DNA of 64,000 nt, taken from contig NC_068989.1 of the NCBI RefSeq assembly GCF_001194135.2, positions 69,724,014-69,788,013 on the forward strand, written 5' to 3'. Positions 38,164 through 50,742 of this stretch are shown here, piece by piece. Source of the DNA: Octopus bimaculoides. Its lineage: Eukaryota. The notes below the pieces were generated by a model. That model was not told the DNA's origin and made no database searches. It was given only the letters and a program-made list of their open reading frames with translations. Made by a program: the position numbers and the translations under genes. Within the stretch, counting starts at the first letter, position 1. The number at the start of each line of letters is the position of its first letter.

Positions 38164-38530
38164 TGTATCTTGTGAAGATCATTACACTAGTAATAAACAC
38201 ATGCACTGGTTAAGTTATACATCTTTATTATTATCCTTCAATTGGTAAGCTATCTAATCAACTAACTAATTGATTTGATTGTTCATTAGGTCAATCAATC
38301 AATCTGTTATGGTAACCAAAGTCCGTTTGTCACCATTCACGACCTCTTCAATGACATGCCCTCTCCACTCCAGGTTACTTTGAGGTCTCACTCGATTGAT
38401 TGATTGATCAAATGATTAATCAAACAATCAGTTAGTTGGTTAAACAGCTAACCAATGGGTGAATAATATTAAGGAAGTGAAATTGCACCAGTGTGTGTTT
38501 ATTGTTGGCATAATGAAACTCTTGAGATAC
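38164..38530. mobile_element. Old foldback element or long-TIR MITE
   Basis: 38164-38304 aligns by eye with the reverse complement of 38393-38530 (shared AATAAACAC, CACTGGT, ATTGG..AGCT, CAACTAACT, TCAATCAATCAATC). Confidence 0.75.
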
Positions 38531-38601
38531 TCTTTTATATTTTAAGGAAATATTTCTTCATTTCCTTTTTGATTTGATGAGTTATTCTACATGTGTGCAT
38601 G

Positions 38602-38645
<44 letters not shown>

Positions 38646-38655
38646 NNNNNNNNNN

Positions 38656-38687
<32 letters not shown>

Positions 38688-40586
38688 AAGTGTAATCAGT
38701 AAGAGGAATACTGACCCATCTATATGTAGAGGAATTCCAAATTTACTTAAACCACTTTACACTTTATCATACCTCAGTGTAAATCTCATAACTGGCTGAT
38801 AACAAAATCCACTCTTAATTTACAAGCTGATTACTTTTAAATAGGAACGGAATCCTTTTAACAGAAATATTCCACCCATTCTCACTTAACATGGTGAGCA
38901 TGACTAGTCTATAGAAGGAGAAATCTATCTCTCCTCTCCAAATTGCTACAGTGACTGCAATCTAAGCACGGGCTTTATGAATTTGTGAGCGGTGGCATTT
39001 ACAATAAACCGGATTTTTATATATCTTTTTCCTTATTAGACTTTGAAATATCCCTGGACCATTTTGACAAAATATACAAAGGCTTGGTTTGTAAGAAAAT
39101 CAAATTCAAGGATAGAATTATCGATCTAGCTGATAGCATTATCTATTTCCTTGAAAACTATTCAGACTTTGAGTCTCCCAATCCCTAAATGTCCAAGAAT
39201 CTTATGAATAACATTCCTGAATAATTTCCTTTTATCATGAGACTTAATTTCCTTTTTAAATTCTTCAATAACATGGTGTTCTTATGGACTTTCTTTTATC
39301 TTTGCAAAGTAACTGCTATTGTCTTTTTACTTCTGATTTACTTCCTATATTTCTACTTTTTGTGTTTTCTCTACACTTTGAGATAAATTGTCTTTTAAAT
39401 GAATGCTTTTGTATAATTTCAATAAGTCTAGTCTAGAAGTTAATGAGTTAAATCTTTTCGGTTGTTTTGCACATCTAAAAAAATAAGTGAAAACTTGCAA
39501 AACTGATATGGATCATCTGGAAAATGATGTAATTTGATAATAGAAATTGTATATGGATTTAAGATTTAGTAATTGTTATCTCATGCACTAGCAGAAAAAT
39601 CCAGGTCATCCCCTCTTACTAATTTTCTCATCTATATGATCAAATTGAAAGATAAAATTGGTAAATTAAATTCCATTATAGTCATCATATTGCTTTATAT
39701 TCATTAATATTATAGAATATACTGGGAATTCATGATTCTTTCATAGAAGAAAATGGTGAAGTAAATTAGAAAATTAGCAAGCCACCTAGTGGCCAAACTT
39801 GTATGTTATGTTCTCTTCTGTATGTTATTAAGGATTAAATTTCTATATGGTTGTGTCAGAGATCCTAAATGCTTTCTTGTATATAATGTGGTATTATTGT
39901 GTTTCAAATCCTACCTTCTTAGGTATTTGTTTTCCAGTGTTCTAAAAAATATGCAATTTACTACAGTTAATTTCATGAACTTAAGGACTTTTCATTTAAG
40001 AACAAAACCTTAGAACTGACTGGACAAGAGAAATTATTGTCATTATCAAGCTGATATAAATAGCTAATAAAGTAGGGTACTGCACTGCACCAAATGCTTG
40101 CATTATAATATTTAGTTTAGGCTCTTTGTTGTGAGCCTTTAAAGACTCCCTTCATAGTGTGAATAAAATAACTACTATTGCATACCAAGCTTGTTTCAGA
40201 AAGTATATCAAAAAATATATTTGTCTTGTAGCTAAGAAATTATTATTTTATATTGTTGATGGCTCCCAATGGAAGTCTATCTTGTTTGTAATTTGGCCTC
40301 AGTTCTTAATTAGAACTGTTATACTTATTCTGCTCTTTAGAAAGGCATGAAGATCACACCTTGTAAATTATTCTTTTCCTACTTGTGAGATCCTTATGTT
40401 TAATTAACTATTTAATTGCTTGAGGTGTCAATAAACAATTTACAGAAAACATACCAAAGAAACTTCAGCAATTTTGATGCCTATATCATTTAAAAATGTA
40501 CAAAAATCAAATTTTAATGCCTAAACATTATTATTAGCATATACTAAAAATAGAATAATTTCTTCATTATTCATGTGGGGAAAAAA

Positions 40587-40800
40587 AGGTGACGAGCTGA
40601 TAGAATCATAAGCATGCTGGGCAAAATGCTTAGCAATATTTCGTTTGCCTTTATGTTCTGAGTTCAAATTCTGCAGAGGTCAACTTTGCCTTTCATTCTT
40701 TCAAGTTGATAAAATAAGTACCAGTTGACTAGTGGGTGTCGGTGTAGTTGACTGTACCCCTCTCCAAAATTTCAGGCCTTGTGCCTATAGTAGAAAGGAT
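40587..40800 (+). mobile_element. SINE A
   Basis: Full head-to-tail match; imperfect flanking repeat ATTATTCATG(T/G)(G/A)GG. Confidence 0.9.
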
Positions 40801-40870
40801 TATTCATGGAGGAAAATATGTACCTTGAATTTGTAATGACTACAAATTTGAGCTTTGAAATGTATGAAGT

Positions 40871-41090
40871 ATTTTGATACTAATCTGCCTGAGACTGCTC
40901 CTTGGTCTATGATACAAACTTTCAGTGTTAAATTGATCTAAATTAAAACCTTCCATCAAAATTTTATGTTAATTTAAGTTCAAAACCCCAGTGTTACAAT
41001 GAGAGAATTATTTCATTAAATGCTTCATATTTTTCAAAATTAATTGAAACAAAGGTAGTGTGTTTCAGCAGAAATATGGTAACAAAAGTG
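40871..41090. mobile_element. MITE F
   Basis: Ends ATATGGTAACAAAAGTG followed by TTAA. Confidence 0.85.
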
Positions 41091-41199
41091 TTAAGGTAAG
41101 ATTATGGTTCCTAGTCAAATATCTCACATAGTAGAATTTACTTTCTGTTTTATCCAGGATACTGTGGATAAAATACCACAGTTCACTTTATAAAGTGGT

Positions 41200-41342
41200 T
41201 GGCATTTGGAAGGACATCCATCAGTAGAAACCATGCCAAAGCAGACATTGGAACAAAACAGGGTTCTCTAACTCATCAGATTCTGTCAAACCATCCAACC
41301 CATGTAACCATGGAAGATAGGTGTTAAAAGATGATGATGACT
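41200..41342 (+). mobile_element. SINE C 3' end
   Basis: GGAAGGACATCCATCAGTAGAAACCATGCC...GTTAAAAGATGATGATG. Confidence 0.8.
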
Positions 41343-42824
41343 TCATAATTACAAACCAGCAATTTACTTGGGTTTAGAGACAAGTTGAAGTTTATCATTT
41401 CAACAATCAAATTGCACTTTCAACAGTTTATTAGGTGCATGGAAAAGTGTTTTTTTTTTATTTATTTTAAACTTATTATTTACTTTGATCACTATAACCA
41501 GTTTAGTGTCAGTCATGATATAATTTTCACAATATATTGTAATGTTGAGAATTATGTCATAAAGAAGATTATACAGTTTACTACTCATATATACTGTGTT
41601 TGTTTTGTTAATCTCCTCTAGTCAATTCTATAAACTATAAGAAGAAGAATAAAAAAAAGAAATGCAAAATATTTGTTTCATGAAGGTCAAAGGATAAGTT
41701 GAAAAAAGCAAATGAATAAATCTATATAATAGCTGTTGTTTTGTTTGCTTATTATTTGAGTGAAAATTTGGAATATAACTAAATATTTCAATGTTTCGCC
41801 TAAAGCACAATATATAGATTGAATTACACTATAATGATTATTTAATGATCTGATGATAACATTCATCCTTTTAGCTTATCCTGTATGCTGTTTTATTTTA
41901 ATTTCCTTGCCATCTTGCCACCTGACTAAACAAGACATGTGCTTGATTATTGATGTGCTTATTACCTCCTCATTGATACTCGCATTGTCAGTTTTATGCA
42001 TCTCTCTCATTCTGGATGTTACCCAAAAACATTTAGGCATATCTTACTTTTTTCGTATATCAATAATGGTAAATTATCTATTTGTATATTCAAGGTAGGG
42101 TATGTTTTGTTTTGTTTTGTATTTTTTAGTTCCTAAAGCAATAATCTGTTTGCAGTTGCGAGTGAGAATTTGATTTTTAAATTATGGTGTTGTAGGAAAA
42201 CAGCATTATTTCATTTTTTCCTTTTTTTTCTGTAGTGTATAATCATAATAATCATGGGTAATGGTTAGAAGATGCCTTAAGTTATGTAAATTGTCAATCA
42301 AGATATATTGTTTCACTTGTAAACTTTGCCTTCCGATTTTGGTTAGATCATGCTAATATAATTTTCTTGCTTTGATTCTTGAAATATGTAGTTTGATGTT
42401 GCTGGGGAAATCATATGGAATGCATCAATTTAAGAATTATTGCAGTAGCATTTAACAAAACCTATTATTATTTATAAACAACAACAAAAAATATGTATAA
42501 TTTTATTCAGAAACATTAGATATCTTTAAATTATTCTTGATGCAGATTCGTCTGTTTTGTTAATCTTAAGCTGACAGCTTGTCTTATTTCTGTAGTGGAT
42601 TTCATTAAGCTTTCTTGATACATAAACTCTGAAGATTCCTTGAAAATCAAATAATCTTGACTGTTTTAAAGTCACTGCAGTCTTACTTTACTAAAGCTTT
42701 GCTTACAATGAGCTGAGTTGCAGTAGAATTTGTCACAGGTTTAGCAGTATGCTGTCTTTATTATGAATATTTGGTTACATATGATTTTAGATAATGCACC
42801 ATAAATACTGTTAAATCATCATCA

Positions 42825-43175
42825 TTCATCATTTAACATCCACTTTTCCTATGCTTGCATGGGTTACACAGAATTTGTTGAGGTAAATTTCTTTGTTCAG
42901 ATGTCCTTCTTGTTGACAACCATTACTTGTTTTCAATCTAGTTAATATTTCCCTGAGTCAGACATATTTTTCACAGAAGACTAAAAACAAACAACATCAC
43001 TTGTATGACACACCGCTCATTTACAACCATCATGAGATATAGGACAAAGATACACACAGTAGTCTTCTTTCAGTTTACATCTACCAAATCCACTCACAAG
43101 GCTTGGGGTCATAGTGGATGCCATTTGCTCAATGGGTTGTGCAATGGAACTGAACCTGAGACCACATAGTTTAAA
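42825..43175 (-). mobile_element. SINE B head + tail D
   Basis: Reverse complement of the 4601-5046 type. Confidence 0.82.
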
Positions 43176-43184
43176 TGCTAAAGG

Positions 43185-43345
43185 GCTGAATTAAAAACCT
43201 TCCATCAAAATTTCTTACTAATTTATGTTCCAAATATCAACTTAATAATGACAAAAGATTATTGTAGTAAATACTTCATTATCTTCATAATTAATTGAAA
43301 CTAATACAGTGTATTTTAATAGAAATATTGTAAAAGGGTTAAAAA
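43185..43345. mobile_element. MITE F half copy preceded by an E terminus
   Basis: TTAAATGCTAAAGGG (E end), then AATTAAAACCTTCCATC...GTAAAAGGG TTAA. Confidence 0.75.
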
Positions 43346-43624
43346 GTTCAATGACTACCACCACCAGTTGTTAAAGAAGTTAAAATGTCAGTGTAAAAAA
43401 TGTGAATATGATATGGTTTTGATAGTAGAAACCTACACTCCTTATGTCACTGCAAATATCAAATATATTGACAGTTTTCCATTTAAATGTTTGTTTTACA
43501 TTATTGAAAAGTGCATCCATGTATGTGTACAGTGATCCTTATGGAATTAAGCTAAGTGTTTATTTATTTATTTTTTATTCAGTTTCTGGTTGTAACTGTT
43601 TTACTTTAGTTAACCATTTCAAAG

Positions 43625-44090
43625 CTCAAATTTAAAATAAAATGTGCTCCCAGTGTATTTCACTTAATTTTGAAACAATCTAGGATTTGGAGGGATTTTT
43701 TAAAGCTAACTTTTCCAAAATTATGTTGGTGTTTGGAATGTAACAAAAGATTCTTGAAATTTGGATCGAAAAGTGAAATTAAAATAAAATCTCTTTACCC
43801 CTTTTGTCATGTTAAAATATTTATGTTAGAATACACTACCTTATTTTTTCTAATTAATTTTGAAAATAATGATGAATTTAGTAATATAACTGTCATCATA
43901 AAACTGGTGTTTGGAACATAAATTAACATGAAAGTTGATGAAAGGTTTTAATTTAGATCACTTCAAATCAGGAAATTTGTATCATAGAATCAAGAGTGAT
44001 GTCATGTAGGTTGGTATCAAAAGGGTTAAGGCAGAAAGCTTTGTATCAGAGAACTAGGGATCTTAGTGGGCAGGTTTGTTTCAAAGAGAA
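43625..44090. mobile_element. MITE F (43799-44025) nested in an older MITE F
   Basis: Outer F breaks at TTAC 43795-43798 and resumes after TTAA 44026-44029 (GGCAGAAAGCTTTGTATCAGAGAAC). Confidence 0.75.
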
Positions 44091-46110
44091 TCACTAAATC
44101 CCCTTACTTAAGGCATACACGTGAGGCTTATCTAAAGTCTGCAGACTTAATCACTTCTTTACCAGTACTATTGTTTCCTGACAAATGTTAATTACAAACA
44201 TCTAAATTCAACCAAATAATCTCTCTATCTTTCTCTCTGTCACACACACACACACACACACAGACACATACATCTTTCTTATAAACATTCCAATATTTTT
44301 CTTTTTATAGTACTTCTAATCATTATGTTAAGTTTGTTATTATCAAATTATTTTCAGTTTGTTCCTGGGTCAAATTTTATTTTTCCAACCATGCAAGGAA
44401 TTGTTGCTATTGCTGTTGCACTTATTACCCAGGAATAAGTCATTTTCAGCACCTAACCATCAGTCTGAAAACATCTATATTATTATCATGTGTTTCCCTC
44501 TCACGCCAGCTGCATTGAAGCTTGCCATACACATTTGGTATAAACTTCATAAGAAGGTAGATATTTATGTGCATTTTGCTTCATAAAAGCATACTTGGCA
44601 ATTTTGCTTTCCTTACGCTTACATTTTTTCAACTTAAAGCATAAAACAAATTTTCAGCATTTATTTATATTATATAAATTAATTTACACCTTCTAAAGAA
44701 AACGGAAATATTAAATAAATGTCTTAAATAATTTGCTTCAAAACTTATAAATGTGTCAAGAGCAAAATTAATGTAAATTTATTCATTTCTATCTAAGTCA
44801 TATGAAATCCTTCAATATCATGTTTATTGTCGTTTATTATATAAGGGAGGATAATAAACATTATATCCATGGGGTTGTGAATATAACTGAAACAGAACAT
44901 AAGTCTTGGAGTTAAGTACTTCACTGTTCACATTTCAAGACCTGCTTTGGTTGACTCATTTCTATAAATTATATATAATATTATTTTTTTCTTTAGCTCT
45001 TTATTTAGTTTCTGTCATTAACTGCAGCCATTCTGGGGTTATAGAGATGGATTTACCCAAGATGCCAGGCAGTGGGCTTGAAGCTGGGACTTAGTGGTTG
45101 TGAAGCAAACTGCTTAATCATCCAGGCATATGCCCATGTGTGTGTGTGTGTGCAAAAGATATATGCAGCAAGAAAATTTCCAGTAACCTTTTGTTAAACA
45201 AACAAACAAAATATCTGTGGTCCTTGGTACTATCAGATATGCAGTTGACCAATGACTGCTTCCTCTGGAAACTTCATAACCAAGTGACCAGATTTGTGTT
45301 GTAATATTTATCTGGTTTAAACTGAACAATATTCAAGTGAGAAATATGCAGTGAATATTATTTTCATTTCGCTTGAAATACTGAATATTGCACTAGATAA
45401 GCTAACTATGAAGCAGTATTCAATATTGATGACATGAATATATATGTATTGGCTTCTTATCTCATTGTATACACCTGAGTATATTATGCTGATAGTAGAT
45501 TTTATTGCAATATGAAAACTCAGGTGCATTTTTACAAATGCAGATTCATAATTTTGTATTACGATCATTCATGTTTGATTAGTGTTCATGCTTGTAAAAT
45601 AACACAACTGACATACGATGTTTGTCTTGTACGTTGCCATTTGTGAGTATTGAGAATATTTGGGTGTCTTTTTGTAAATGGAAGAAACAGGATCTATGAT
45701 ATGCCACAATACATTTTCTTCAACAATGTATATTGTTCTCTGTGACAATATAACATGGTCTATCATAAAATTTAATGTCTCTCTCTTTTTCACTCTGTAT
45801 ATTGGAATCATCTCAGTGATTTTCCATAATGGAATTGTATCATTGCCTAAGTAACATCATATTTAGTTGTGAGATTGCTGACAGAGAATGTATTTTATCT
45901 CAAGGTATATGAATAAAAAAAAAGAAAAAATTATCACCCTAAGTTGTCATCAGAAATGAAACTTTATCAGTGTCAATAGCAGATATTCAATATAATAGTT
46001 AGGAAGTGTCTCTATTACATAAAGTTTCTCCATAATTGACAATAAATTGCAATAAATGCATTAGCAAAACCTGGGATTGTAACATATCTTATCAATATTT
46101 ATCATCAGTA

Positions 46111-46322
46111 AGGTAGCAAGCTGGCAGAATCATTAACATGCCAGGCAGAATGCTTAGTGGCATTTTGTCTGTTTTTATGCTGTGAGTTCAAATTCTACCA
46201 AGGTTGACTTTGCCTGTCATTCTTTCGGGGTAAATAAAATAAGTACCAGTTGAACACTGAGGTCAATGTAATTGACTTACCCCTTCCCTCAAATTTACTG
46301 GCCTTGTGCCAAAATTTGGAAC
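46111..46322 (+). mobile_element. SINE A with target-site duplication
   Basis: CAATATTTATCAT(C/T)AGTA at 46093-46110 and 46323-46340. Confidence 0.92.
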
Positions 46323-46340
46323 CAATATTTATCATTAGTA

Positions 46341-46733
46341 CAAGCATTGCTGCATTAGTAAGGAGCTTGCTTCTCAACCATATGGTCTTCAGTTCAGTCC
46401 CACCATGCAGCACCTTGGTCAAGTGTCTTCTACTGTAGCCCTAAGTTGACCAAAATCTTGTGAGTGGCTTCGGTAGACAGACACTGAAAGAAACTTGTTG
46501 TGTGTGTGTGTGTGCTCATGTCTAGACATTATATGGTGATTGTAAATGAGCATCATCATCATAGAAGCAAGATTATTTGTTTCCAGTTTTGTGTGAAAAC
46601 CATGTCTAGCTATAGGAAAATATGTTGCTTGGAAATGGATGAGGGTTGGTGACAAGAAGACCATTGAGTATCTGCCTCAGCAAATTCTGTCTAACCCATA
46701 CAGGCATGGAAAAGTAAATGTTAAATGATGGTG
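46341..46733 (+). mobile_element. SINE B head + (TG)n + tail D
   Basis: Begins right after the A-copy duplication; ends GTTAAATGATG. Confidence 0.85.
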
Positions 46734-47584
46734 AATTTAAGTAGGTCTTTGGTTTGTTATTGCCTTTGATGAATTTAGCCTGGAGTTTCAGTTTGTTATC
46801 AAATAAATTTCACGTTGCTAATGTTTCCAAAAATCATTGACATCTTTATTACATTTACTAAGATTATTGAACTTTTCCTTGTCAGTTGTCTAACAACATT
46901 ACATGTTAGTACTTCACATATCATTTCCAGCAATATGTCTGTTATATTTATTGTTTGTGTTGTTATGCCACTGAAAACTGGAGCTTTATTTCCTGTCTGT
47001 CGTATTCTTGGCAGTAATATCTGTTAATCCCTTTCAAACACTATGGTTAGACATCATGTAAAAATATTTCTTTTTCTGTCACTATAAAAGAAATCATTTC
47101 TTTTTATTCTTTGTTGATGTGTATGATTCACCTTTGCTGGATTATATATCTGTCTTTTTGATTGTTGTCATTATTATTTTTGGCACAGGAATGGGGCTGT
47201 GTGATTAAGAAGTTCACTTTGAAAGCAATGGTTTCAGGTTCAGTCCCACTGTGTGGTACTTTGGGCAATGTTTCATATTATAGGCCCTGGGTTGACTAAA
47301 GTCCTCTCAGCTACAAATACTACTACTAATAATAATTATTTCAGGTACAAGGCCAGAAATTTGGAGGGAAAGATTAATTAATTTATCCTTGAACAGTGGG
47401 AAAGGGTTGCATGAATGTGTGTACCAAATAGGCAAAACATAAAAATATCTCTTTATTTTCACTTTAAATCAATACAAAATCTGTAATAATTGTTAGTCTC
47501 TCACTGACAAAATTAAATTTATACAGTCTCATTATCAAAAAATGCTGTAAAATATTCACTTTCTTTTGATAATGTCTGCCATTT

Positions 47585-47700
47585 AAGGACTAATTCAACC
47601 CTAGTTCTGGGCTGGTACATTTTATCAGCCCTGGAGGATGAAGACAAATTTAACCCCAGTCGGCGTTGAACATAGAATGTTAAGAAGCAGAACAAATAAC
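47585..47700 (-). mobile_element. SINE A fragment
   Basis: CTGGTACATTTTATCAGCCCTGGAGGATGAAG...TTGAACATAGAATG. Confidence 0.65.
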
Positions 47701-48860
47701 AAAAAACTTTTTTTTTTTACATTTTAATGATTCAGTCAATCAACTTTGTAATAATAATAATAGTAATTTCTTTTTATCAGCCATAGGAACATAGATGTGG
47801 GGGATACCACAAGAACAGAAAACAATTTGTGTGGGGATTTACATAAATGGCAGGGAGAAAGAAATGGAAAGTGTGATCAAATAAAGTATGTGATAACAGC
47901 AAATGCTGCAGTTCTTTTGTGGCATTATCAGAATATCTGGAGTTCAGAGTTGAAACACTTACCTGATGTGTTCTATCTCTCTCAATATCTCTTGACTGTT
48001 CTGCTATCATATCAGAAATTTTCTCTCTTTAGTACTTGTATATCTTTGTCTTTTCTCTGGTTATTAAACTTAGGTGTAATTGAAGGAACCATCAAATATT
48101 GAAAAGAAGCTTAATGTCTTCCACTTATTTTATCAACCACGGAAGGATGAAAGGCAAAATTTGGTCAGCAGGATATCAATTCAAGACATGTTTTGATGTA
48201 ATTAAACTACTATAATGTAGCAATTTAGTCCAGCAACACGTGACCTTATTCTGTTGATAGAAATGTTAATCGATTTCACTATTTCCATTATTACGAGCCA
48301 AATTATGGAGCCTTTACATGCTAGAAATAACGACCAAATGTCCCTCAATTCTCATCCTACTGAATTTTAAAATGAGCTGGATACATTTAATAATGTTTCC
48401 CTGGATACACTTTATTAAAAATCAAAATAGGTGATTATGGCTGGAATGTTTTCAGTCATAGCTGCTTGAGCGTATCTGACCTAGGGCTGAACAGCCACAA
48501 AATCTAATTATTGTTGATATAGCAATAAATAGATGTGTCTGAATAGGTTTCTTTATTGCTGGCATGTTAAAATAACTATTTGAATAGGACATTCATGATA
48601 CTTCAAAATCTTTTATTTCTTAATTTTTGCTTTCTATGCTTACCTTTAGTGTAATCCATTCAGTTTGTTACAATTCATTTTTTTATTTTTTTTTAAATAG
48701 ACTCTCATATTGGACTATAGTAGCATTTGTGTAGCCAGCGTAATTGCTGGGTGCAATGCTGAATTGATAATATTTCGAATGAATTAGGAAATTAGTGTGA
48801 GTCTTGTAAAATTGTTGTCATATTCAGTAATTGGGTTGCAGAGGTGGTTTAGGCGTAATA

Positions 48861-49150
48861 CAGTGGTTCTCAACCAGGGTCCATATGACCTCTGAGGGTC
48901 CATATAAGATTTTGGGTTGTCCACACAACAAAATTGTAAATTGGGGACCCCTGAAAAAATTTTGTTTTAGATGTATGTATTGCATGAAACAGGTTTTTTT
49001 TCTTCTCATATAAGATTTTTGGGGGTTCACACAACAAAATAGTAAATTAGGGACCCACAATAGTATTTTAAGGGCCCCTGAAAATTTTTGCTTTAGATGT
49101 ATGTATTGGTATGTATTGCACAAAATAGCTAGGTTTTTTTTTTTCTCTAA
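48861..49150 (+). mobile_element. hAT MITE 5' end with internal tandem duplication
   Basis: CAGTGGTTCTCAACC terminus, flank gcgTAata; units 48901-49005 and 49006-49148 share CATATAAGATTTT...CACACAACAAAA...GGGACCC...TTTAGATGTATGTATTG. Second TIR not found. Confidence 0.75.
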
Positions 49151-49425
49151 CATTTTACAGAGTTCAACCTACACAAGTTAATGTGTGAAAAACAAAATAG
49201 GAATTTTGAAAGAAGTTTCTAAGTGTACACAAATGTGTTGAATATGATTGTACACACTTATGTTTTCATAGCTTCCATAATGTAGACCACACCTGGTTCT
49301 TTGCACAGACTGGCCTCTACTGAATCTACCTTAAAAGCTAGGTGGTGGTCTTAAACTAGGCAACAGGTTATGTCTATATTTTACTTTCAAGAAGCTTGCC
49401 TTCCAGATGTTTTAATGTGTATTAT

Positions 49426-49477
<52 letters not shown>

Positions 49478-49869
49478 AGCTTGGTGGGAGAATTGAGATT
49501 TTGAAAGAGAAATGTTAAATTATTAAATATGCAAGTGTGTCAGTGTATGTATAATCTATTCTCTTTAATAGCCTCATTATTTGAAATTCTTAGCCATTTA
49601 AATTAATGTGCATAGTTTGTGATAAATTATGGAATTCCAATTTTTTTTTTTTTGTGTACATTCTATTCATATATATTCTATCCTGTCCAAATTTTGGCAT
49701 GGCTGTGTGATTATGAAGCTCACTTTGCAACCAGGTGGTTTGGGGTTCAGTCCTACTGCATGCCACTTTTGACAAGTGTCCTTTGCTATAGTCTTGAGCC
49801 AATCAATGCTGTAAAAAACTGCGAGGAAACCTGTTCTATATCCACCACCATCACTGTCACCACCACCAC

Positions 49870-50510
49870 CACACCATCATCATCATATGTCCATGTTAAG
49901 TAAGGTTGGACATTTGACAGGAACCAGAGTTCAAGAACTGTATCATGCTCCACTGTCTATTTTGGCATGGCTTCCATGGCTGGATGCCCTTCCTAATACC
50001 AATAAATTTATAGCATGTACGGAGTGCTTTTTTTTTTGTCTGTTTGTTTGTTTTGTGCCACCAGTACTAACGAGGCCACCATGCAGCTTGCAAGATTATG
50101 AATTCCTTGAGAGGCATCCTTGTGCAATCAGATGAGGGGTTAAAGTATGAGAGGAGGGGCCAGAGCAGAAAAGGTTTCTTGTTGTAGAGGGGTTAATTAT
50201 GGCTATTCAGGTTTTCAAAGAGAGGTTGGTTGGTGACTTGGGTGGAGCGGGGAAGAGATAAAAGTAGTGCTGATAAAATGCCTGCTGTGTCGATCTTCGA
50301 ATGTATGATACATGTGAAAGGCATCTGTACCAGTGACTCATAGGAAGCACCCAGCACACTCTATGGAATGGTTGGTGTTAGGAAGGGCATCCAGCCATAG
50401 AAACCAGACTAAGACACACTGAAGCTTGTTGCAGCTCTCTGGCTTATTAGTTCCAGTCAAACTGTCTTACCTGTACTAGCATGGAAAACGGATGCTAAAT
50501 GATGATGATG
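49870..50510. mobile_element. Inverted pair of SINE C copies
   Basis: Reverse copy ~49870-50130; forward copy ~50330-50510 ending (GAT)n. Confidence 0.75.
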
Positions 50511-50742
50511 TGTATGTGTGTGTGTGTGTATGTGTCTTTGTGTTTTCCCTATCACCTGTTAATTGGTGTTGGTTTATTTACATCCCTATAGATATCAGTT
50601 TGGCAAAAGAGATTGGTAGAGTAATTACCAGATTTAGAAAGAAAAAAAAAGCACAGTAATGTTTCAGTTCAATTAAACCCTTCAAGATGATGCCCCGGCA
50701 TGGTCAAGGTGAACTGACTGAAACAGGTAAAAGAATAAAAGG
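50510..50742 (+). mobile_element. SINE B tail 1
   Basis: (TG)n, then ...GATGCCCCGGCATGG...GACTGAAACAGGTAAAAGAATAAAA. Confidence 0.8.

Noticed and set aside
45425-45485. Possible C/D-box snoRNA (TGATGA...CTGA)
   Set aside because: Only ~55 nt, poor terminal stem, and no rRNA-complementary guide that I recognise. Similar weak cases near 19328 and 19580 were also dropped.
46998-47030. VISVNPFQTL resembling the myosin-head ISVNPF motif
   Set aside because: Flanking residues do not match myosin, the donor is weak, and no other myosin exons are visible.
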